From NCBI GenBank assembly GCA_003344405.1, contig NOWV01000020.1, positions 620,001 through 684,000 of the forward strand: DNA of 64,000 nucleotides, in the 5' to 3' direction. A program made the position numbers and the translations under genes. The notes beneath the pieces are model-generated. The model was not told where the DNA came from, did not search any database, and was given only the letters and a program-made list of their open reading frames with translations. The number at the start of each line of letters is the position of its first letter. Position 1 is the stretch's first letter. The DNA is from Trichoplax sp. H2. Its lineage: Eukaryota. Below, piece after piece: positions 12,787 to 24,665 of the stretch.

Positions 12787-15700
12787 ATGCAGGAAGGGGA
12801 AAGTATGCCGTAAGTAGAACTATCTTTTATCGTCTCTTTTAATCGTAACTGCTTATGTATTGTGTATTGTATTGTTACTGTATTGGAGAATGGGTTACGA
12901 GTAAAAAAAATGATTCAATGCTTGAAGTAATCAAGAACAAGGACGAAGTTGATTGCCATCGTATCTTGCTGCTCATATCATTGATTAATCGCATTGATTT
13001 TCATCTGGACATAGCATTTAGTGGATTTTACGATATGCTAGTGATTTCTTATATAAATGGAAGTGATTACTACATTGAACGACCAGTATTCTTCCCCAGT
13101 ACTTTATAAGCAAAGACCTACTACTGGTTATTGATGTTTAGTTGGTAGGCTAAGAAGTACGCCCAACATCGATCTTATCATCGTCGAAGGAAACGTACCT
13201 TATAGATGAAACTGTTGTGTGACTAAAGATAATAATGGTATACAAGACATGAGTAGGAGTAATATTTTAATCTATTGAACCAATTAGAAAAGAATTGCAA
13301 ATGATTCGATTATGGGATTGAGTTCAAGCCTACCGTTTGGGGATGCTTTTAATAAAGCTGTTATAACGTGTATATTTTAATCAACGGTTGGCTTATGACG
13401 TATCGTTATCTGCATGAATTTCGATGGATTAGATTGATAAAGATACACAGATGTAGCCTTTACTAACAGAGTTTGATTTAGCGATAACTCTAGTTATGCC
13501 ATTAATAATAATGATGGCGATAACTCCATCAGTAAGTAGGCCTAATAAAGTCTTGATGTCTTGTAAAGTGATAGGTAAGTGATGACAGGAGTCATGCCCG
13601 GAAGACGTTTGCTATTGTACTGCACATTCTCTACTTTGTAAGTTAAATTTATGCTTACAGTAAAATAGCGACAGCAACTTGAGTTTGGTCACGCTCAATT
13701 TCATGTAGGGTGGATACAATATCTGGTTCATATTTTTAGGAAATGTACGTATCTCGAGTACAGTCGATAGTTACTGTTCTTTTCTCTTTTTCTTGTCGGA
13801 TATATGACACATACGGTATTTAGCGATGAAGTACAGAAGAAAGAAATAAGCTTTCTATTCTCGTATCGTGACGTTATATTTCATTAGCATAGATTGATGC
13901 TCCAATGTCCTTTTAACAAGGAGTATTAGCATCTGGATTGAGTCTCTGCTACTGTAATCAACTGTAGATGCGTTTCTATTCTATGTCTGAGTCATCCAGC
14001 ATTACATAATTCGGTGTATTTATCACAGGCAAAGTGCGGCAGCATCAGGATATACTTATAAGCGTCGATCGTTGTTCAACTACTTCGTCAATATTTAGAG
14101 TCAATTACTAGTTAATTAATGTTTTGTAAGACACTCAATTACTCCTTCCATACATGCACTTTTTGATACTAAAAAACCTGTTCGAAATTACGGTTTATGG
14201 TCTTGCATGGGTAGGAAGTGAATATCTTCGCACACAAAGTGCATTTTGTGTTCTAGAATTCTGATGTTAAAAATATCGGAATTATGAGTTGTTGAAGAGT
14301 GGGTGACATTCAGGAAAAAAAAAATTTTATCCAGATATCTATGAAAATATTGAGGTGCATGTTATAACGAAGATGGTATACTCTTGATTATCGGCATTAT
14401 GCGATGTTGTATAAGTTAACTACGTACTTCATTTGCTCGATTGCTATCATACTTATATTGGGATCAAAATTGATTGCTTACCATTCGTAAAGGTCAATAT
14501 TCATGTTGGTGTAGTGACAATTCGAGTGCGCTGCATAAAAGAGGTTGCCAATCTTTTAAATGTTATACGTACGACGCAGTATTATAACAATTTTTATTGT
14601 ATACAACTACTACTTGATTATAAAGCGTATCATATATCATACGTGTATATGAAGACTGATATTTTTTATTCTGTATTCATGTTTTAATGAAAGTACAAAC
14701 ATATTTTTTTATTCAGCTGGTTCCATGGCCCTTTATCGCGTGGTCAAGTGGACGAGCTACTTCGAGGCTCGCCTCTCGGTAGTTTCCTAGTTCGCTCTAG
14801 TACGACACGGCCAGGAGATTATGTTTTATGTGTTCGGTAAGATAATACTTGAAATTGCACGGTAGATCTAGTTTGAGCAGCTTTCAATGTAATGGTCTAT
14901 GCTATGTCATTTAAGCGTATTATAAAAAAGAAGCGCTTAGAAATATTTTACCCTACTTTTGATACCGGAATTTGATATAGAATACCACTTATATTGTCCT
15001 ATTGAGAAAATACAGTAACAGGCTGTATAACTAGTACTCTGGTATACCTCGCACTCAATGGTTGTGTTTGTCGCATGACTTTGTATCTAAATTAGCAATG
15101 GAAGATTCTCATTTAAATGGTGCATGAACGCTAGACCTAAGCATAGAGAGTATTGTGCACTTTGTGTTAGTAAGAGTAGTGGACGATTGTTGTTAAACAT
15201 TTATCTATATCTAGCTCTCTTGTAATGAAGATATGAAGATTTATATTACCTTACAGAGGGTATTGCTTATTTTATAATTATTTATTAATTTAATCGCACG
15301 TAATGCTTGATGAAAATTAGAGTTAATGAAAAAATTGTCATAAATTAACGATACACTATTACCAGACAAAAGCGATAGGTTGAGAATTCGTAATTTCAAT
15401 TTTCTTTATCTTCATTACATTTCCTATATTGCTGATTTGAAAATACTACAGTATAGTATTTTGTATTTTATATGCTTCCTTAGCGTAAGTTGATTGAAAC
15501 TGGTCGTATAGTATATTTAACAATGTTATGATTGAGTGATTTATGTTTTATAATATCGTAGTTGTCTCGTGGTCGCTTATTTTTCGTTAAAACATGTATC
15601 AGGGTACATGCCACCACATTTTGATGATGCTACGTTATTACAGATTTTTATTAATCCATGATTTATTCGTAAACTTGTAATATTTAAAAGCACTGTTTGT

Positions 15701-17325
15701 ACATTTTATGTGAAGGCTATTTTAACAGTAAATAATATTAATTTACAAATTGTGATCTATAGGGAAAGCAACATGGTGAAGCATTATATCATAGAGAAGA
15801 AAAGTGATTCTGAGTACGAAATTGGATCACAGCCTTTTCCTGGTTTATTATCGGTCATAGATTTTTATAAAATTCATGTTCTTGATACTACTGTCCTCAC
15901 CGGTGCTGTTGAAGTGAGCGAGCTAATTTTAGATGTGTTATGACGTAGAAATTGGGATTATTAATTCGATACCATCGATGCTATAATATACTAATCGGTA
16001 AAATTTTTACGCCTATTTAATGGTAAACCGACTTAGGTTGAAACAGAAACGAAGGAAACAGAAGAGAACGAAACAGAAAAGAAGGAAACAAGTACACCTC
16101 CCAATAATAATAGCAATTCAAACACTGCGTATAAACCAAACACTGCAGAGTCCAAAATGAAGGTTATGATGCGCGTAATTGCGTTATACGATTTTAATGC
16201 AAGGGTAAGTCATTATGTGCAGAGTTTACGCTTTAGTTATAATTTAACAATTCACTAAGTGGCTAGATAGCGTTCATTTGTTACGCATTGATTTGAGCTG
16301 CATCGTTGTGTGCTAAAGCAGGGACTGCTCGAAAATGGGACAATCGAAATGGCCCACAGAATAGTCGGCTTACACATCGCTATTATAGTCAACGGCCGTT
16401 TCCTGTCCCTGCCTCTTCTTTCGATTAGTCCCTGGCTATAGTCATTTTTCGAATTAGTTTCATAACCCTTAACAGATATTTCTGCTCACAATAGTTAAAT
16501 TTGCTGTTATTGTCTTTTATTGCTGGTAATATGCAGTACTGTGAATGCATGCCAAAGCAAGTCTTACTACGTTTGATAATAGGATGCTATGACCTTACGT
16601 GTCTATCTTTAAAAGATTGAATAAACTGGCTGTTCATACTATATTAACTTTAGGATGAAGAAGATCTTCCGTTTACAAAGAATGAGATATTAGACGTTAT
16701 CGGGATGCAAGAAGCCAACTGGTGGACAGGTAGAAATTCAAAAGGAGCTGTAGGAGCTGTTCCTGCTCCTTATTTACGACCAGTAAGTATACAAGGATTG
16801 CTACGAAAGTTATTTTCGGAACATTATAGAATTAGCTGTTACTATTTGTATATTAAGAAATAAGATTAATGTTGTTATCATTTCTCTCACAGCTTCCGGA
16901 AGAGGAGAGCGAAAAGTTACCCGTTATGGCAAAAGCCATTTGTGATAGGCCAAGAAATCCTTACGATCCAACCGCTCTGTCTTATCAAGTAAGTAAATCT
17001 AGGCAACGTAAATTTATCAGTAATGCTATATGAAATTTCTGCTTAAGTTACTATTTCATGGAAATTTTCTTTCCTGAATCTGGCGAGAATATAAAGACCT
17101 AATTATTAGTTGGTTTATAAATGAAAAATAAGGGGTTATTTGTAAGTATTGTAATTTATTCTTGCTTTACAGTCCGGCGATATAATTAAAGTTTTAGAGA
17201 AATCTGATACTGGCTTATGGACTGGTGAATTGAAAGGACACACTGGTAAATTTCCTTTCACTCAGGTGGTACTACTTAGTGAACTGGATGGGTCAAATGA
17301 TACATGGGAAAGTTTTACAAATTAA
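12787..17325 (+). CDS. CRK: Crk/CrkL-family adaptor (SH2-SH3-SH3); exons 12787-12809, 14717-14836, 15763-15913, 16037-16204, 16654-16782, 16893-16988, 17173-17325
   Basis: Spliced translation MQEGESMP-WFHGPLSR...FLVRSSTTRPGDYVLCVRE...HYII...FYKIHVLDTT (Crk SH2); ALYDFNARDEEDLPF..NEIL...NWW...G.VPAPY (nSH3); RNPYDPTAL...GDIIKV...GLWTGE...GKFPFTQV (Crk cSH3). All GT-AG junctions are phase-compatible. Exon 1 is the least certain. Confidence 0.93.
16319..16434. mobile_element. Putative MITE-like element (116 bp), copy 2, in a Crk intron
   Basis: TIRs CAGGGACTGCTCGAAA / TTTCGATTAGTCCCTG (14/16 match); subterminal inverted repeat gggaca..gaaatggcc / ggccgtttcctgtccc; flanks gctaaag / gctatag. Confidence 0.7.
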
Positions 17326-17999
17326 ATTTTTTAATCGTATTCGGATAGGCTTGAAAGTATTCAGTAAAGACAGTACAAGTTTGTTCTATCAGCTCGTCAA
17401 TGCGTAATTATAACGGCGACTGCAAAATGATTGTAATGTAATACAAATTATGATATGTAAGGGCAATTAAAGTTGCTGTCCAGTTTAAAGAGGTACTTTT
17501 ACATATGTCACTGCGTTAGATCCTTTTAATATATCAAAATTTTGTTCGCTCATTTTGGTTAGTTATTGATAAGTTTTGCGTTGGTAAGAGATGAAATGTG
17601 TATGTTTTGTACTGCAGTTTATTACTTGATACGGTTTATTTTACTGATTAGTTCTTGTATATAGGTAACCATTAAAAAGGACCATTGATAGTAATTATCT
17701 GATAAGTCATACTCGATTTTTGAGGGTTATCATAATATTTATTATTAATACAGTATTGGTCTCATACAAGTTATTTTGCGTAATTTAAATTGCTTGCGTA
17801 TTACATCGTCTTATCAAGTACAGTAATAAGAATGTATTCTATTAAAAATTTGGTATTAGTGACTTGATGCTATTCACATAAATGGTCTTGTGTACTTTCA
17901 TGCATCAGTATTGCTGGCTTGGTGAAACAGTAGAAAGTTTTATTTACAGCATGGACATTGAGGTCATTTACAGTACAGCTCGCTCGTTTGGCTAAACGA

Positions 18000-19428
18000 A
18001 TTTTTGGGTTAAGATTCTTTGAGAAGTGTTGAAGGGAAAAAGCTTTCAAACAGTATTTTCCATTTTCAAGTCCCGCGTCCATCCCAGCATTTTTGGGTTA
18101 AGATTCTTTGAGAAGTGTTGCAGGGAAAAAGCTTTTAAAAAGTATCTTCCATTTTTAAGTCCCGCGTCCATCCCAGCATTTTTGGGTTAAGATTCTTTGA
18201 GAAGTGTTGAAGGGAAAAAGCTTTTAAAAAGTATTTTCCATTTTCAAGTCCCGCGTCCATCCCAGCATTTTTGGGTTAAGATTCTTTGAGAAGTGTTGAA
18301 GGGAAAAAACTTTCAAACGGTATTTTCCATTTTCAAGTCCCGCGTCCATCCCAGCATTTTTGGGTTAAGATTCTTTGAGAACTGTTCAAGGGAACTACTG
18401 TTCTATTAAATTTTTGGGTAAGATTCTTTGAGAACTGTTCAAGGGAAAAAGCTTTCAAACAGTATTTTCCATTTTCAAGTTCCGCGTCCATCCCAGCATT
18501 TTTGGGTCAAGATTCTTTGAGAACTGTTCAAGGGAACTACTGNNNNNNNNNNNNNNNNNNNNATTTTTGGGTTAAGATTCTTTGAGAAGTGTTGAAGGGA
18601 AAAAGCTTTTAAAAAGTATTTTCCATTTTCAAGTCCCGCGTCCATCCCAGCATTTTGGGGTTAAGATTCTTTGAGAAGTGTTCAAGGGAAAAAACTTTCA
18701 AACGGTATTTTCCATTTTCAAGTCCCGCGTCCATCCCAGCATTTTTGGGTTAAGATTCTTTGAGAAGTGTTCAAGGGAAAAAACTTTCAAAAGGTATTTT
18801 CCATTTTCAAGTCCCGCGTCCATCCCNNNNNNNNNNNNNNNNNNNNTCTTGTGTACTTTCATGCATCAGTATTGCTGGCTTGGTGAAACAGTAGAAAGTT
18901 TTATTTACAGCATGGACATTGAGGTCATTTACAGTACAGCTCGCTCGTTTGGCTAAACGAATTTTTGGGTTAAGATTCTTTGAGAAGTGTTGAAGGGAAA
19001 AAGCTTTTAAAAAGTATTTTCCATTTTCAAGTCCCGCGTCCATCCCAGCATTTTTGGGTTAAGATTCTTTGAGAAGTGTTCAAGGGAACTACTGTTCTAT
19101 TAAATTTTTGGGTTAAGATTTTTGGGTAAGATTCTTTGAGAACTGTTTAAGGGAACTACTGTTCTATTAAATTTTTGGGTTAAGATTTTTGGGTAAGATT
19201 CTTTGAGAACTATTAAAGGGAAAAAGCTTTCAAACAGTATTTTCCATTTTCAAGTCCCGCGTCCATCCCAGCATTTTTGGGTCAAGATTCTTTGAGAACT
19301 GTTCAAGGGAACTACTGTTCTATTAAATTTTTGGGTTAAGATTTTTGGGTAAGATTCTTTGAGAACTGTTCAAGGGAAAAAGCTTTCAAAAAGTATTTTC
19401 CATTTTCAAGTCCTGTGTCCATCCCAGC
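18000..19428. repeat. 89-bp tandem minisatellite with shorter variant units
   Basis: Unit atttttgggttaagattctttgagaagtgttgaagggaaaaagctttcaaacagtattttccattttcaagtcccgcgtccatcccagc starts at 18000, 18089, 18178 and onward; interleaved truncated units end in gggaactactgttctattaa. Confidence 0.97.
18543..18846. other. Two 20-N assembly gaps (18543-18562, 18827-18846) inside the repeat array
   Basis: Runs of n in the sequence. Confidence 0.99.
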
Positions 19429-20270
19429 GCTAGATTGATGAAAATTGAATCAATCAGCATAGAGACGCACACCTACGGCGTTGTAAGAGAGAATTTCTCT
19501 TCGGAAATCCCTAGCAAGCAGCATTTCCAGTTGACTACTGTAGTCCAGTAAGTGTTGGGAGATTAATGAATTTTCCTACACTGTACTTGGCTGCAACTTT
19601 GCCAATACTGGACAGTGTCCAGTTTGAGTGAAGTGTAGGAAAAAAACATTTTCAACGAGTGCAGAATGCGAATGCAATTGTCAAGAAAATGATGTCACTC
19701 ATGACGATTCACTGCAGCAGACTGTGACGTTCCTTTTGCGTCAGAGCTATCCGTACGATCGTGTACAGTGTACAGTCTGAATTGCTACAGTCCATTTTCC
19801 ATCAAAGGGCCGATTGCCACCCAACAGACATGTACAGTACTGAATGGACTGACTGTACTCTACGTACACTGTATAGTATGGGCCAGACTGCAGCAGTTAC
19901 GCACTTCACGTGTCGTTTTTTCTTTTTCTGTTGCTCCTTTTACAGTACAAAGTTACAAGAAATCTCCATGGTACTCACCAGTACAGTACTGTAGGTACAC
20001 TTGAGTACAAAACTGCACAGTACAGTACAACGAGCTATACTCTACACTTGCCTGTCGTTCAAACACTTGTACAAGACCTGCAGCAGTTGGACATTCTTTT
20101 GTCCAGTGTTCAATCATTAGATCATCAGCATTTTTTGACTTCTCAATCATTGCTAATAGGGCTGAAATTAGCTGTAATTAATTGAATCTGCAAGACAGTC
20201 CTGTCAACCAATTACGACTGGAAAGCGTGAAAATTAGACATTACTACTGAATCAAATATCTAAATGCCAC

Positions 20271-23200
20271 ATGGCTGATAGCGAAACGTCGATGATTGCC
20301 AATTTTGTCAGCATAGCTGGCACGGATGCTGATCAAGCCAGATTTTATTTGGAAGCTTCCAATTGGAATTTGAAAGTAAGTTCTTTTGACTTTGCTGCGT
20401 CATGGACTACTAGGTTTTCTTCTAGTGGTCCATGGCTGCGTGCATTGGTTTCTATTTGCTTACGTATATCTTGTACAAGGGTTGCACTTCTTTGGCCATG
20501 TAGTCTTTCTGTACTTTAGAAATGGATCAAGTCATTTTGGACTTCTAGAGTTCAAAGACTGCACCCAGCAGACCACGAAGATAATTCGACTTGTTGTACT
20601 GTACTGTACTGTACTTTGCTTACAGAACGACTTCCAAGTCACGTACAAGTTGTCAGCGGATGGAGATCGCATTGCATTATTTCAGTTAAAGAACGCATCT
20701 TTGATCGATTTTCACTTTACACTGTCAATGTTGATCCAGAAGACGATCTTGTAAAGCTCAAACTAGTACGTTAAAATAACCAGCATAATACTGTAATGGA
20801 GTCAGTGAAAGCTCTTACTATTCCCTTGTCATCCTTGATACATTTTCACTTTTCAGTGGCAATGTTGATCGAGGAGACAATCTTGTAAAGCTCAAACTAA
20901 TGCCTTAAAATTACCAGCATAATACTGTAATGGAATAAGTCAATGCTGTTACTATTCCGTAGACATTCTTGATACATTTACACTTTTCAGTGGCAATGTT
21001 GATCCCGGCCGGAGACGATCATGCAAAGCTGAAACTAGCGCCTTAAAATAACCAGCACAATACTGTCATTGAATAAGTGAATGCTGTTACTCTTCCATAC
21101 CTAGTTTTATCTTTCGCGATTCAACCTGATTCTCTTCTTTTCAACCATGACGAAAAGTAACATTTCATCCCAAACGCTATTGTATATTTTTAATTAAAAG
21201 CTGATATTTACCCCATCATGTTGGGCCAATTTGTAAAATTTGTAGTTTATAAAATTGTCTTTGTAGATGACGCTTAACTAATCTAAATTATATACGTATG
21301 TCATTTATGATACGTACGCAGCTTGCACTTGCAAGATATTATGACCGTGGCGATGATTCTTTCGAAGATTCTGAAGTATCAACTCAGGTAAAGTGATGCT
21401 TACTTACACTACGATGTAGTTTTGAGTTCGCCTAGTTTGAAGTGCTTGTCAATGGCATTGACTCGATACAACCAACATCTTGGTCTTAATGATTAATTAA
21501 AAGTTTTCGTACTTAGTGGTGCAAATGTTTGTAATTGTTTAATACTACGTGACTCGAAAGAGTTTTTATTGATAAATTGATCTTTGCAACAGTTGTTCGT
21601 AAGGGAGGACCAGCGTGCAGGTGGTGCTGTCAGGCAGCAGAAACAAAAATCCAGGTTGATAATTAATTCAATTCTACATTTAAAGTAGATTGAACTTGTA
21701 CAGTGTCACAAACTAGAATATTCTTCATCCAATGAAGATGCATATCAGATATTAGCCGGCTTTAGCTTTCATTCTCTAACTCTACTATCTTAACAATGTA
21801 ATTATACTCTATATGTAATATTAGACCCAAGTTTGCGTCTTCATCTGATTATTTTAAACCGGATGATGATGAGGAAGAAGATGAAGCTGGACAAGAATTT
21901 TATGCCGGCGGTTCTGAAAAGAGGTAACGCCACGCATATTCACCATTGGTTTGCTAATTAAGAAAATTCTTCGATTGTCATGTAATGTATATCGTGTTTG
22001 TAAACTAGTGGTCAAGTTGTAAAGGGTCCCCCTAGGAAGAAAACGCCTTCATCGATTGCGGAATCCGTTTTTAAAGAAGCTAAGGCGTATGTAGATTAAA
22101 GGTGTTAGCGTTTGCCTTAATCTCATTACTTAATTACTTAATTGAAATCATTATAATTGACAGTCATGGAGCTGAAGCAGTGTCACCTGACGAAGACGAT
22201 GGTGAGAAAGCAAAGATGGCGCCCTTTGGTGGATCAGGTATATACAGTACTATACGGTAGACTGATGAATTGCGAGACTACAAGTAGATAATGTTGTCGC
22301 GATGTACCGTTTTAATATGTCGGCTTCTGCATATCTGCGATAAATCCAGGACACCGATTAGGTGACGAAGACGGACCTTCTACTGGCGCCGCCACGTCCC
22401 TCACTAGTTCTCAAGCACCAAAAGATACCAAAAAGGTTTGCAACAATTACTACTATAATTATAATAAGTATGTATCAGCGACGAATAAAAACACGCTGAT
22501 ATTCAATTTTATTATAATTATCAACCGTCAATGGTAATTGAATTTAGGTAAATATAAATATACAATTTTGGGCTAATGGATTTTCTGTCGATGATGGACC
22601 TCTTCGAGATCCGAATGATCCAGCGAACAAGCAATTCCTAGAAGAAGTTAGTAAAGGGTAAGCATTGCATTTTTTCCAAATGTGCCAAATATAGTAAAAT
22701 GGTGAAATTGATCTTATTCAGCGAAATTGTATTTGTTGTACTGTTAGCTATGTCCCTTCTGAGTTAATGGCGATGGCAAAAGGCAGAGAAGTCGCAGTTA
22801 ATTTGGTAGACAAACGTTCAGAGGATTACGTCAAGCCTAAGCAAAAATTAAAAGCTTTTACTGGACAAGGACATATGCTCGGAAGGTATGCTAGAATATT
22901 AATTATGTTTAGACCTTTGCTCATAATAGCAATTTATAAACTTGCTTTGGTAGTCTTGTATAAAATGAACGCGGAAAATGAAATGTGGTTATAAATCTTC
23001 ACTATAATTATTAACTACGATCGTAGTGATGATAACGGAGAAGATAATGATGAACAGCCTTTACTTGATGCCAGATATTCAAATAATTCATGGTGGCGTA
23101 GCATGTACATTGTTTTACAGTTATTCGTCATGCGGATGTTAGTCAATTTAGGCTTTTTCAGGTATAACACAGGTTATATTAATGACTGAGTAGAATGTAG

Positions 23201-23903
23201 TAGTATTCGCGTATAAGTATAGCTGATTTGAACGGTGCTACTCTGGTACTTTTATTGCCACTGTTCGATGTTCGGCTGTCAATTAAGGGCTATAGTTATA
23301 GTATTTAGCATTAGTAGCTGATAATACAAATCTTGCGATGCTGAAGTGTTGTAACGAACTTTCTTCACTTTTATTTTTATCTTAGTCCAGCACCGGCGGT
23401 TTCTTCTCAAACTTCTTCAACTAGCGCCACTTCAAATGAACCTCAAAATACAGTTAAGCCAAACGTTGATGAAAGCCAACCGACGACTTCGATAACTATC
23501 CGTTTATCTGATGGAACAAGGTTATTGATGACGTTATTAGATATTTTTTTATCACTTTTTTTTGGAGTTGATATAAACTAGTAATTAATTGTTAAATTCA
23601 ATTTAACTTGAAATATTTTTCTTCCGTATTCGGTTGCTAGGCTTGTAACCAGGATGAATGTATCAAGCACAGTCGGAGATTTGAGGCAGTTCATTAGTCG
23701 GTATGCATTTTGTTACACGACTTATTTCCATGTTGCTTTCTAAGTTTTTCAACGGGACATTTTTATATAGGGCCCGACCATTACCTCCCGGTAGTAAATT
23801 CAATCTATTGACTACATTTCCTAACAAGATTTTGGACAATGATTCCTTAACGTTGGAAAGTGGAAATCTGCTCAATTCGGTTATTGTTCAGCGATTGGCT
23901 TAG
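20271..23903 (+). CDS. NSFL1C: p47 / NSFL1 cofactor (UBA-SEP-SHP-UBX p97 adaptor); exons approx. 20271-20375, 21322-21387, 21593-21654, 21825-21923, 22009-22086, 22164-22238, 22350-22435, 22548-22657, 22748-22885, [23027-23161 optional], 23386-23520, 23641-23700, 23771-23903
   Basis: UBA-like [42 protein letters not shown] domain [17 protein letters not shown] box [14 protein letters not shown] domain [14 protein letters not shown]...[10 protein letters not shown]...[16 protein letters not shown] at 24251. Confidence 0.95.
20700..21100. repeat. Three-copy 134-bp tandem repeat in p47 intron 1
   Basis: caatgttgatc...gacgatcttgtaaagctcaaacta...ttaaaataaccagcataatactgtaatgga anchored at 20726, 20860 and 20994. 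Confidence 0.92.
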
Positions 23904-24665
23904 AAAGTAATTTACTGATGAACTCATTAAAATTATTACCTCAAAGTGTATCATCGAGTAAATTTTTCATGTTATAAACTATGGGTACCCTTTGTTGCTG
24001 TTGAATGGATGCTTTGCTAAAAATTGTTGCTACGGCAAAAAGGGATTTGTTATCATATTCCTAAATATAATGTACTTGGCTTCGTTATTGTATTTGGCCC
24101 TCATGTCTGAAATATTATTAAAAGCTTTCATGAGTTTGGTGATTGTAAATGTGTACAGTGTTATATCGAAGCCAACAAGCTTTCTTTATCTCTTAGTGAT
24201 ATTGTAACTCTTTTATTCTTGCAGTAACATGCATGTTCTGTATTATTGGCAATAAATTCCTTTTCTTGTGAAGTATGTAATTCGTAACTATATATCTGTC
24301 GATTTTAATGTCTACCACTGATGGCTCAAAGTCTCCCAACCCTCTTGTAAGCTATTTTCAGATAACATGATTAAGGGTATATTTAGCTCATAAGCGTTAT
24401 TTTGGAAGGTCATTTAAAGTGCTTCGATTTATTTATCTTGGTTAATACAGTATACAGGATAGTAAAAGAATGTCAACGGGTTATACGTGATTTATGTGCT
24501 TAGTTCAATTTTAATCATTATTTTCGATACAATGCAAGAGCAGCACATGCTGCCGCATGCTAAAGAAATCATTCTATAAGTAAATATAATTATACAATGC
24601 CAGTATTAAAATAAATATTCATAGCAGCAATTTAGTGCAACACGATAGTCTAATTTATATTGATT

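Noticed and set aside
18847..18960. Apparent duplication of unique sequence 17887-18000 together with the array start
   Set aside because: The second copy starts exactly at an N gap and is essentially identical; most likely an unmerged contig or haplotype overlap rather than a real duplication.
17870..19043. ORFs MDAGLENGKY... and MFKGKNF...
   Set aside because: They are translations of the minisatellite and span N gaps.
18000..19428. CRISPR-like appearance of the regularly spaced palindromic repeats
   Set aside because: Whole 89-bp units repeat with no unique spacers, there are no cas genes, and the context is eukaryotic; it is a minisatellite.
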